From Flavobacteriales bacterium (lineage in GTDB: Bacteria > Bacteroidota > Bacteroidia > Flavobacteriales > BACL11): DNA of 56,594 nt. The notes beneath the pieces are model-generated. The model worked only from the letters and a program-made list of their open reading frames with translations, ran no database searches and had not been told where the DNA came from. The position numbers and the translations under genes are program-made. This document shows positions 48,996 to 56,594 of the stretch, one piece after another. The stretch lies in the NCBI GenBank assembly GCA_036012565.1, contig DASCPP010000071.1:1-56594 (forward strand), in the 5' to 3' direction. Each line of letters opens with the position of its first letter. Position 1 is the stretch's first letter.

Positions 48996-50812
48996 GAAAA
49001 ATCTTGCAAATCGTAAAGCGTTTTGTAGTGCTTATTAGCAGCAATAAGCTGATTGTGAGTGCCTGTTTCCACTATTTCCCCTTCATGCAATACAATTATT
49101 TTATCTGTATGCTGAATGGTAGAAAGGCGGTGCGCGATTACAATAGAGGTTCTGGATTTCATCAAATTATTTAGGGCTTCTTGAACCAGTTTTTCCGATT
49201 GTGTGTCCAATGAAGAGGTAGCCTCATCCAAAATAAGAATAGGAGGATTTTTCAGTATTGCCCTAGCAATACTTAATCTTTGCTTTTGTCCACCAGATAA
49301 TTTCACTCCACTATCGCCAATATTTGTATCATATCCGTTTTCACACTGTAAAATAAAATCATGCGCATTAGCAACTTTTGCTGCACTTTCCACTTCTTCT
49401 TTTGTAGCAGTTTCGTTCCCTAATAAAATATTATTAAAAATACTATCGTTAAACAAAATGGACTCTTGATTTACAATGCCCATCAATTTTCTTACATCTG
49501 CAATTTTTAGATTTTTTATATTCTCTCCATCAATTTTCACTTCTCCTATTTTTACATCATAAAAACGAGAAATAAGGTCGGCCAAAGTAGATTTTCCACT
49601 TCCGGATTGCCCAACCAAAGCAATAGTATCTCCTTTTTTTAAGCTTAAATTAATATCTTTTAGTACCTGAATATTTTCATAGCTAAAAGTAACCCCTTCA
49701 AATTTTATTTCTGATTTAAATGCTGAAATTGTTTTGGCATTTTTAGCATCTTTTATTTCATTTTCTGTATCTAATATTTCATGAATACGAGCTGCTGAAG
49801 CACTTCCTTTTTGAATAAAATAATAAGCAGAAGTGAAGGATTTCGCAGGAGGGATAAGTTGAGAGAAAATGGCAATATACCCTATGAATTCTTCTGGGGA
49901 AAGCGGACTGTTCCCACCTAAAACTAATTTGCCGCCAAACCACATTACCACTATCATTACCACTGTGCTTAGGAATTCACTCATTGGGGAGGACAGATCT
50001 TTTTTTCGTAAGAGCCGAGTCATGATATTTCTGTAATCGGCACTTTCTTTTTCAAATTTTTCATTAATTATTTTTTCAGCATCAAATGCTTTGATTATTC
50101 TGAGGCCCGAGAGGTTTTCATTAATTATGGAGAGCAAATCTCCCATTTTATTTTGGCCTTTTTCTGATGATTTTTTCAAACTCTTACCAATCAGTGCAAT
50201 CAAAAATCCGGTAATAGGGAAAAGAATAATTACAAAAAGGGTGAGCTGTGGGCTGATGATGATTAGTGTAATTAAAAAGATAATAATGTTGAGCGGATCT
50301 TTAAAAAACATTTCTAGAGAACTCATTATCGACCATTCAATTTCAACCAAATCGGTAGTCATACGTGCAGTAATATCGCCTTTTCTTTTTTCAGTAAAAT
50401 AGGAAATAGGCAAGCTAATAATTTTTTTGTTCAAGTCGTTCCTCAAATCGCAAACCACTCCATTTCGGATTGGAGAAAGAAAATAAAGCGCTAAATACCG
50501 GCATAAATTCCTACAAAAAAACATTACCAAAATTAAAATACAGACAAAAACAAGCGCCTCAACTTCTCCTCTATCATTAATAATAGTGGTGATAATGGCA
50601 TAAAAGTTTTCTTTAATGGCAGAGGCAGAGAACCCTAAATCAGAAGGAGTATAAACCTTTTCTTGTGTGCCAAAAAGCAGCCCTAGAAATGGAATAATCA
50701 TGGTAATGGAAACCAAAGAAAATAAAATATTCAGGATGTTGAAAAAAATATTGAGCCCAGCATAGCCCAAATAAGGGTTCACATATTTCAGTATTCTGAA
50801 AAAATCTTTCAT
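48992..50812 (-). CDS. ABC exporter, permease/ATPase fusion (MsbA-like)
   Basis: TM domain, GQSGSGKST, LSGGQKQR, ILDEATSSLD, IAHRLST; start moved to ATG 50812. Confidence 0.9.
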   Translation of the reverse strand: MKDFFRILKYVNPYLGYAGLNIFFNILNILFSLVSITMIIPFLGLLFGTQEKVYTPSDLGFSASAIKENFYAIITTIINDRGEVEALVFVCILILVMFFCRNLCRYLALYFLSPIRNGVVCDLRNDLNKKIISLPISYFTEKRKGDITARMTTDLVEIEWSIMSSLEMFFKDPLNIIIFLITLIIISPQLTLFVIILFPITGFLIALIGKSLKKSSEKGQNKMGDLLSIINENLSGLRIIKAFDAEKIINEKFEKESADYRNIMTRLLRKKDLSSPMSEFLSTVVMIVVMWFGGKLVLGGNSPLSPEEFIGYIAIFSQLIPPAKSFTSAYYFIQKGSASAARIHEILDTENEIKDAKNAKTISAFKSEIKFEGVTFSYENIQVLKDINLSLKKGDTIALVGQSGSGKSTLADLISRFYDVKIGEVKIDGENIKNLKIADVRKLMGIVNQESILFNDSIFNNILLGNETATKEEVESAAKVANAHDFILQCENGYDTNIGDSGVKLSGGQKQRLSIARAILKNPPILILDEATSSLDTQSEKLVQEALNNLMKSRTSIVIAHRLSTIQHTDKIIVLHEGEIVETGTHNQLIAANKHYKTLYDLQDFS

Positions 50813-50817
50813 GAGAG

Positions 50818-50841
50818 CAAAGATAGAATAATGTATCTTTG
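50818..50841. promoter_or_regulatory. Back-to-back -7 promoter elements for the ABC exporter (-) and rbfA (+)
   Basis: TATCTTTG on the minus strand (50825-50818) and on the plus strand (50834-50841), 5 and 4 nt from the respective ATGs. Confidence 0.65.
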
Positions 50842-50845
50842 TAAA

Positions 50846-51184
50846 ATGGAAACTACACGACAAAAAAAGATTTCACGGTTTATTCAAAAAGATTTAGCAA
50901 TAATATTTCAGCAATATGCCCCAGCACTTTTCGGGAATATTCTCTTTACCGTAACAGGGGTAAGGGTATCACTTGATTTGTCGGTGGCAAAAGTTTATTT
51001 GAGTATTTTTCCTGCCAGTGATGGAGAAAAATTAATAGCCCAAGTAAAAGAGAAAAGTCCTTATTTTAGAAATCTGCTTGCCAAAAGGGTGCGACATCAA
51101 CTCAGAATAATTCCTGAATTACACTTTTATTTGGACGATTCGGCCGATTATGCAGATGAAATTAATAGATTGTTAAAAGGATGA
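50846..51184 (+). CDS. rbfA: Ribosome-binding factor A
   Basis: RQKKI, VRVS.DLS.AKVYLS, LRIIPELHFYLDDS; start moved to ATG 50846. Confidence 0.94.
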   Translation: METTRQKKISRFIQKDLAIIFQQYAPALFGNILFTVTGVRVSLDLSVAKVYLSIFPASDGEKLIAQVKEKSPYFRNLLAKRVRHQLRIIPELHFYLDDSADYADEINRLLKG

Positions 51185-52392
51185 ACTTTCCTTTTTTTAT
51201 AGCCAAAAGATACCTTTTTAGTAGCAAAACAAAAACGGCCGTAAATATTATTTCCTTTGTTTCCATGATGGGAGTGATAACTGGTACTGCCGCTTTGGTA
51301 CTTCTTCTCTCTGTATTTAATGGTTTTGAGGATTTGTTGCTTAGCATGTACAATAGTTTTGACCCTCACCTTAAAATAACTTCCAATGAGGGTAAAACTT
51401 TTAACTCAGAAAGTATAATTTCAGTATTAAGTGAAAGTAACGAGATTCTTTATTTTACGGATGTGATGGAAGAAAAAGTGTTGATGAAAAATGGAGAACA
51501 TGAGTTTATTGCATCCATCAAAGGAGTTGGAAAGGATTTTAGTAAAATGACTAATTTGGATAGCATTATTATTGATGGAGAGAATTTTGAAAATTATGAA
51601 AACAATAGTGTGGCTGTGCTTGGACAGGGAGTTGCTTATCATCTATCAATGGGAACAGGAAATATATTCAGCCGATTAAAAATATATGTTCCAAACCGTG
51701 AAAATAATACTCTATTAAATGCTACAAATGCCTTTGTAAACGCATCAGTTTTACCTGTTGGGATTTTTTGTAATGGAGCAGAATACGATAATAAATACAT
51801 TATTACACCTATTGCTTTTTTGCAAGATTTATTGCAGAAAAAGGAAGTTTCAGCTATTGAGGTACAGCTAAAAGAGGAGATTGAAATGTTGGAAGTACAA
51901 AAATATTTACAAAGCACTTTGGGTAAAAATTATAAGGTAAGCAATCGATTGCAACAGCATGCCGTTTTACATAAAATTTTGAATTCAGAAAAACTGAGCG
52001 TATTCCTTATCCTAACTTTTATGCTGATTATTGCCACCTTCAATATTATTGGTTCGCTTAGTATGCTGATGATTGAAAAAAAGAATAATATCAAGACCTT
52101 TTGGAATTTGGGTGCCAGCCAAAAAAGTATTCAGAAAATATTTTTCGCAGAAGGAATGCTAACAGTAATTATTGGTAGCTTTTTAGGAATTCTGCTTGGA
52201 TTACTGCTTGCTACTTTACAAATGAAATATGGAATTATCGGTATGGGAGAAGGAAATTTTATTATTCATTCTTACCCTGTGGTAATACATTATTTGGATT
52301 TACTTTGGGTAGAAATAACAGTAATTGTTATTGGGCTTTTTGCCTCTTGGTATCCTGCAAAAGTTTTGACTAATAGACTACTTAAAACTTAA
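51181..52392 (+). CDS. LolC/E-like (FtsX/MacB family) ABC transporter permease
   Basis: FIAKRYLFS, LSVFNGF, IIATFNII..L, YP C-terminus. Confidence 0.85.
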   Translation: MNFPFFIAKRYLFSSKTKTAVNIISFVSMMGVITGTAALVLLLSVFNGFEDLLLSMYNSFDPHLKITSNEGKTFNSESIISVLSESNEILYFTDVMEEKVLMKNGEHEFIASIKGVGKDFSKMTNLDSIIIDGENFENYENNSVAVLGQGVAYHLSMGTGNIFSRLKIYVPNRENNTLLNATNAFVNASVLPVGIFCNGAEYDNKYIITPIAFLQDLLQKKEVSAIEVQLKEEIEMLEVQKYLQSTLGKNYKVSNRLQQHAVLHKILNSEKLSVFLILTFMLIIATFNIIGSLSMLMIEKKNNIKTFWNLGASQKSIQKIFFAEGMLTVIIGSFLGILLGLLLATLQMKYGIIGMGEGNFIIHSYPVVIHYLDLLWVEITVIVIGLFASWYPAKVLTNRLLKT

Positions 52393-53374
52393 CCCCCTCA
52401 AACTCCACTGCTACTTTGTCTAAAGTTTCCATAATCTCTTCCAAATTATAATAGGTGACCAGTTTAATTCTATACGCTTTAAAGTGAGGAATTCCTTTAA
52501 AATAATTGGTATAGTGGCGTTTCATTTCAGCAATTCCCAGCACTTCTCCTTTCCACTTAATAGAATGTTGCAAATGCCTTTTACATGCACTTACTCTATC
52601 TTGTAGAGTCGGTTTTTCTAAATGCGTATTAGTTTTAAGAAAATGCTTTATTTCATTAAAAACCCAAGGGTAGCCAATGGCAGCTCTTCCAATCATCACG
52701 CCATCTACTCCATATTTATCTTTTACTTCTGCTACTTTTTCAGGAGAATCTACATCTCCATTTCCAAAAACAGGGATATGCATATTTTGGTTGTTTCTTA
52801 CCTCTCCGATTAAAGTCCAATCAGCCACTCCTTTATACATTTGTTTTCTGGTTCTGCCATGAATAGAAATTGCTTTTATACCAACATCCTGCAATCGTTC
52901 CGCCACCTCAACTATATATAAAGAATTTTCATCCCAGCCTAAACGGGTTTTTACCGTTACTGGAATATTAGTAGCTTTTACTATTTCTTTGGTCATGGTC
53001 ACCATTTTTGGGATGTCCTGCAATATGCCAGCCCCAGCTCCTTTATTTGCTACTTTTTTTACAGGGCAACCATAATTAATATCAATGAATTCGGGTTTTG
53101 CTGCCTCACAAATCTCAGCAGCTTTTCGCATAGAATTAATATTATTTCCAAATATTTGAATTCCTATTGGCCGCTCAAAATCGTATATATCCAACTTCTG
53201 GGTGCTTTTTATAGCATCCCTTATCAGTCCTTCTGAGGAGATGAATTCTGTATACATAATATCCGCCCCATTCTCCTTACAAAGTGCACGAAATGGGGGG
53301 TCAGAAACGTCTTCCATGGGGGCCAAAAGAAGTGGAAAATCTCCTACATCAATATTTCCTATTTTTACAGCCAT
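52382..53374 (-). CDS. dusB: tRNA dihydrouridine synthase DusB
   Basis: LAPMED, DINYGCP, VTVKTRLGW, IHGRT, NGD, MIGRA. Confidence 0.93.
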   Translation of the reverse strand: MAVKIGNIDVGDFPLLLAPMEDVSDPPFRALCKENGADIMYTEFISSEGLIRDAIKSTQKLDIYDFERPIGIQIFGNNINSMRKAAEICEAAKPEFIDINYGCPVKKVANKGAGAGILQDIPKMVTMTKEIVKATNIPVTVKTRLGWDENSLYIVEVAERLQDVGIKAISIHGRTRKQMYKGVADWTLIGEVRNNQNMHIPVFGNGDVDSPEKVAEVKDKYGVDGVMIGRAAIGYPWVFNEIKHFLKTNTHLEKPTLQDRVSACKRHLQHSIKWKGEVLGIAEMKRHYTNYFKGIPHFKAYRIKLVTYYNLEEIMETLDKVAVEFEGVKF

Positions 53375-53399
53375 AATATGTTACAAAAATAGTGAATTT

Positions 53400-54326
53400 A
53401 TGAAGCTTAAAGGAATTTTTTATAAGAAGTCAGTAGCCATGCAATTTGCCCTGTTTTTTGCCATTACATTTCTATCAGTAGTTGTTTTTTCTATTATCTC
53501 TTATGTTTCCCTACCCTTATTGTTTGATGTTGGCTTTTCTGATTTAAGTTTTTTTCTTTCAGATTATAGTAATTCCAAATCGGTGAATGCGCTCAAATTT
53601 TTGCAACTATTTACTTCTGTCGGGCTTTTTATTGTGCCGCCTTTCCTTTTTGTCTATTTTACTTCCTTCCAATTACAGCTTAAACAAAAGATAAACAGGC
53701 AAAGTGTGTTGCTTGCTATTGCCATAATGCTGATTGCAAATCCATTTGTAGCTTATTTAATGCAATGGAATCAAACACTGGTTCTTCCAGATTTTTTGGA
53801 AGCAGTGCAAATGTGGATGGAAGTATCTGAGCAAAAATCAATGCAAATAACAGAAGCTTTTTTAGCCATGAACAGTATGGGAGATCTGCTTATTAATCTA
53901 TTCTTGATTGCCCTAATTCCAGCAATTGGGGAGGAACTTTTATTCAGAGGGATATTGCAGCAACTATTTGCAAAATGGATAGGGAAAGTTCATCTTGCTA
54001 TTTTTATTTCGGCCATTTTATTTTCTGCCATTCATATGCAGTTTTTTGGCTTTCTGCCAAGGTTTGCTTTGGGGCTTGTCCTTGGCTATATGTTTTATTG
54101 GAGCAACAATTTATGGTTGCCAATTTTGGCTCATTTTACCAATAATGCTTTGGCAATCATTTTTACCTATCATTTTGTGGCTGACAAAGTGCAAATAGAC
54201 TTTCTGAATGAAGAAATTCCGGTAAATATTAGTGGGGCACTTATTAGTTTTTTGGCGGTTGCCTTGCTGATGTATTTATTATATAAAAAGTCGAGCATAA
54301 AAAAAGAGCTGAAAATTCAGCCCTAA
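53400..54326 (+). CDS. CPBP (Abi/CAAX) intramembrane metalloprotease
   Basis: EELLFRG, FSAIH, HFTNN; start moved to ATG 53400. Confidence 0.9.
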   Translation: MKLKGIFYKKSVAMQFALFFAITFLSVVVFSIISYVSLPLLFDVGFSDLSFFLSDYSNSKSVNALKFLQLFTSVGLFIVPPFLFVYFTSFQLQLKQKINRQSVLLAIAIMLIANPFVAYLMQWNQTLVLPDFLEAVQMWMEVSEQKSMQITEAFLAMNSMGDLLINLFLIALIPAIGEELLFRGILQQLFAKWIGKVHLAIFISAILFSAIHMQFFGFLPRFALGLVLGYMFYWSNNLWLPILAHFTNNALAIIFTYHFVADKVQIDFLNEEIPVNISGALISFLAVALLMYLLYKKSSIKKELKIQP

Positions 54327-54367
54327 TTATTTTATTAAAAGCCTAATATCTAAATACTCCTATCTAT

Positions 54368-54835
54368 TTAGTATGTTCCTTTTCTAGTAGAGTAGTTTAT
54401 TTTTAGGGCATTTGCTTTCCTGAGCTCTTGCTTTACATCAATAACAGTTCCCATTCTCACCTCTTCATCCGCCTTTATAGAAACCGTCATATAAGGAATT
54501 TCCTTTTCGTTATGCGATTCCCTTTCGGTGGCGATAAATTCCTGGATATCGGCAGTTTCGGCAAATGCATCATTTAGTTGTACTCTTGGTTTTGTTCCGT
54601 AAGAAGATTGCAAGCGTTTTACAGGAGAGCCAATATAAATATAACTTACCAATGATTTCTTCTCCATTTTTCTTATTTCAGATGCTTTTGGTGTTAGCAC
54701 ATCTACAAAGAGTGTAGTTTCACGCATTACGGTCGTTACCATGAAAAAGAACAATAGCATAAATACAATATCTGGCAAAGATGCTGTTGAAATAGCTGGC
54801 GACCCGCCTTTTGATTTTCTTCTGAATCTACTCAT
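54368..54835 (-). CDS. exbD: Biopolymer transporter ExbD
   Basis: SLPDIVFMLLFFFMV TM with conserved Asp; IKAD; KINYS. Confidence 0.92.
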   Translation of the reverse strand: MSRFRRKSKGGSPAISTASLPDIVFMLLFFFMVTTVMRETTLFVDVLTPKASEIRKMEKKSLVSYIYIGSPVKRLQSSYGTKPRVQLNDAFAETADIQEFIATERESHNEKEIPYMTVSIKADEEVRMGTVIDVKQELRKANALKINYSTRKGTY

Positions 54836-55379
54836 TGTCTCCTACATTTTTAGGTTCTGCTTCTGATATTTTTTGCGGATATTTTTTACGGATTGTTCTT
54901 TGTTGCGATTTTGGTAAATCATAATATCGAGAGCCAAATTCAGATAAAGCAGCTGAGTTTCTTAGTTCGTTATAGGCAGCAGTCAATTCATTTTGCACCT
55001 GAATATATGTTTTATAAGAGGTGCCTCTATCGTTTTGCAAAGAGATAATTGCTTTTTCAGGATTGTCCGATAGTTCAGGATTTAAACCGTTATTATCAAT
55101 AAAACCTTTTGCACCATCTTTCAGCTCGGAAATATGCATTGGTGCACCTTCCACTAAAAGCTGATTGTTGGAGTTTACAAGCACCACATAAATGTTTCTG
55201 GCATGAATTTGAGAATCATCTTCTACTTGCTCTTCCTCTGGCATTGGTGGTAGTTTCCTGGCAATACCCGTATCTACATCCATGGTAGTTGTTACCAAAA
55301 AGAAAATCAGTAGCAGGAAGGCAATATCTGCCATAGAGCCTGCATTTATCTCTTGAAGTTCGCGATTGCTTCTGGCCAT
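54828..55379 (-). CDS. exbD: Biopolymer transporter ExbD
   Basis: SMADIAFLLLIFFLVTT; ISEAEP C-terminus. Confidence 0.92.
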   Translation of the reverse strand: MARSNRELQEINAGSMADIAFLLLIFFLVTTTMDVDTGIARKLPPMPEEEQVEDDSQIHARNIYVVLVNSNNQLLVEGAPMHISELKDGAKGFIDNNGLNPELSDNPEKAIISLQNDRGTSYKTYIQVQNELTAAYNELRNSAALSEFGSRYYDLPKSQQRTIRKKYPQKISEAEPKNVGDNE

Positions 55380-55705
55380 TATTTTTTAAATACTTTTCCG
55401 AACTCAGTGTAAATTACAGTTAAAACTGCACCAATGGCTAAAAAGTAAAAAGTATTTAATGCCATACCAACTCGTTTTGCTGCCCCAGAATTGATGTGAT
55501 ATTTTTCATAGGAAGGCAAAACTTCTGAGGAGGCGATAAGGTAAGAAATAATTAAAATAACAACTAATCCGCCAACTGTGTAAAGTGTTCTCTTAGCATT
55601 GTTAGGGTGCTTAACCATTTGCATTACAGAGAATGCTACTACCGCTAATGCAGCACCAAAAATCATAATGTAAGTAATAATGATACCAATATTAATCAAA
55701 TCCAT
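55379..55705 (-). CDS. 3-TM membrane protein of the exbB-exbD-exbD cluster
   Basis: Three hydrophobic helices; lies between exbB and exbD. Confidence 0.8.
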   Translation of the reverse strand: MDLINIGIIITYIMIFGAALAVVAFSVMQMVKHPNNAKRTLYTVGGLVVILIISYLIASSEVLPSYEKYHINSGAAKRVGMALNTFYFLAIGAVLTVIYTEFGKVFKK

Positions 55706-55707
55706 GC

Positions 55708-56517
55708 TTATTTATTTTTTACTAATAAATCAATTAAGGTAATGGAAGCATCTTCCATATCGTTTACAATACTGTCAATTTTTGAAACAATATAGTTGTA
55801 GAATACTTGCAAAATAATTGCTACAATTAGTCCGAATACAGTAGTTAAAAGCGCTACCTTAATACCTCCTGCAACAAGTGATGGAGAAATATCTCCTGCA
55901 GCTTCAATAGCATCAAAAGCACCAATCATACCGATTACCGTTCCCATAAAACCAAGCATTGGGGCTAAGGCAATAAATAGCGCAATCCAAGACAACCCTT
56001 TCTCTAATAGTCCCATTTGAACTGAGCCATAAGCAACCACTGATTTTTCAACCATGTCAATTCCTTCACCAGAACGATCAAGTCCTTGGTAAAAAATAGA
56101 AGCAACAGGACCTTTTGTATTTCTACACACTTCTTTTGCTGCATCCACTCCGCCAGATTGAAGAGCGCCTTCAACATCATTTATTAATTTACCAGAATCG
56201 CTTGTCGCCATATTAAGGTAAATGATTCTTTCAATTGCTAAGGCTAACCCTAAGATTAAACAAAGCAAAACAATCCCCATAAAAGAAGGCCCCCCCTCAA
56301 TAAATTTTTGTTTAATAATTTGGTGAAAAGATGCTGATTCTTCAGTTTGAGTAGATTCAATCATAGCAGCTAGACCTTGCTTGTCTTCTTCTGACATAAC
56401 AGTTTCTTCTACATCCTGCTCAGTGATTATTGTATCTTGATTTTCTTGTGCATAAATAGTGTAAGATCCCATTAAAAATAATCCTACTAATGTGATTAAG
56501 GCAAATTTATTTTTCAT
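55708..56517 (-). CDS. exbB: MotA/TolQ/ExbB proton channel protein
   Basis: AIER, APMLGFMGTVIGMI.AF, GGIKVALLTT.FGL. Confidence 0.92.
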   Translation of the reverse strand: MKNKFALITLVGLFLMGSYTIYAQENQDTIITEQDVEETVMSEEDKQGLAAMIESTQTEESASFHQIIKQKFIEGGPSFMGIVLLCLILGLALAIERIIYLNMATSDSGKLINDVEGALQSGGVDAAKEVCRNTKGPVASIFYQGLDRSGEGIDMVEKSVVAYGSVQMGLLEKGLSWIALFIALAPMLGFMGTVIGMIGAFDAIEAAGDISPSLVAGGIKVALLTTVFGLIVAIILQVFYNYIVSKIDSIVNDMEDASITLIDLLVKNK

Positions 56518-56594
56518 TTTGTTTTAGTTTAATTTTTTAATTGGACAAATTTATAAAAATATTATAAAGAAGAAAGATATCTTCTGTTTACTTC

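Noticed and set aside
53202-53399. N-terminal extension of the CPBP protease
   Set aside because: Antisense to dusB; ATG 53400 is the plausible start
1649-54198. Many 60-110 aa ORFs nested in or antisense to real genes
   Set aside because: They lie within well-supported genes, lack motifs and look like codon-bias shadows
53400-54326. Abortive-infection/defence system suggested by the 'Abi' family name
   Set aside because: CPBP proteases are common housekeeping membrane proteases and there is no defence-gene context

Overview
AT-rich, very compact bacterial chromosomal segment whose gene content, TAnnTTTG promoters and T9SS/lipoprotein cargo point to a Bacteroidota (Flavobacteriales-like) organism. 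It holds about 57 protein genes, almost all housekeeping: ribE, mqnC, pepA, pdxA, yceD-rpmF-plsX-fabH-accB-accC, dxs, asnS, rpoN, polA, yicC-gmk-nadD, cysS, queD, aspS, tadA, gatC, trpS, hflX, rbfA, dusB and an exbB/exbD cluster. I saw no rRNA, complete tRNA, CRISPR array, integrase or transposase. The unusual signals are intergenic. (1) Two unrelated accessory genes 31 kb apart share one upstream module: a tRNA-Pro-like 3' fragment just after a resident gene's stop, a T-run, a -7 promoter and a nearly identical signal-peptide start (MKKLLxILxCLPIIG, 43/48 nt). This suggests a tRNA-fragment-tagged cassette/leader system. (2) One of these genes (HupE/UreJ) is bracketed by a diverged duplicate of the upstream gene's 3' end. 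(3) An internally deleted heme O synthase (cyoE/ctaB) remnant lies in front of DUF420, suggesting loss of a cytochrome oxidase gene block. (4) Two tandem ~70-aa membrane paralogs are separated by a perfect 38-bp palindrome. All family calls are from reading motifs by eye; no searches were run.
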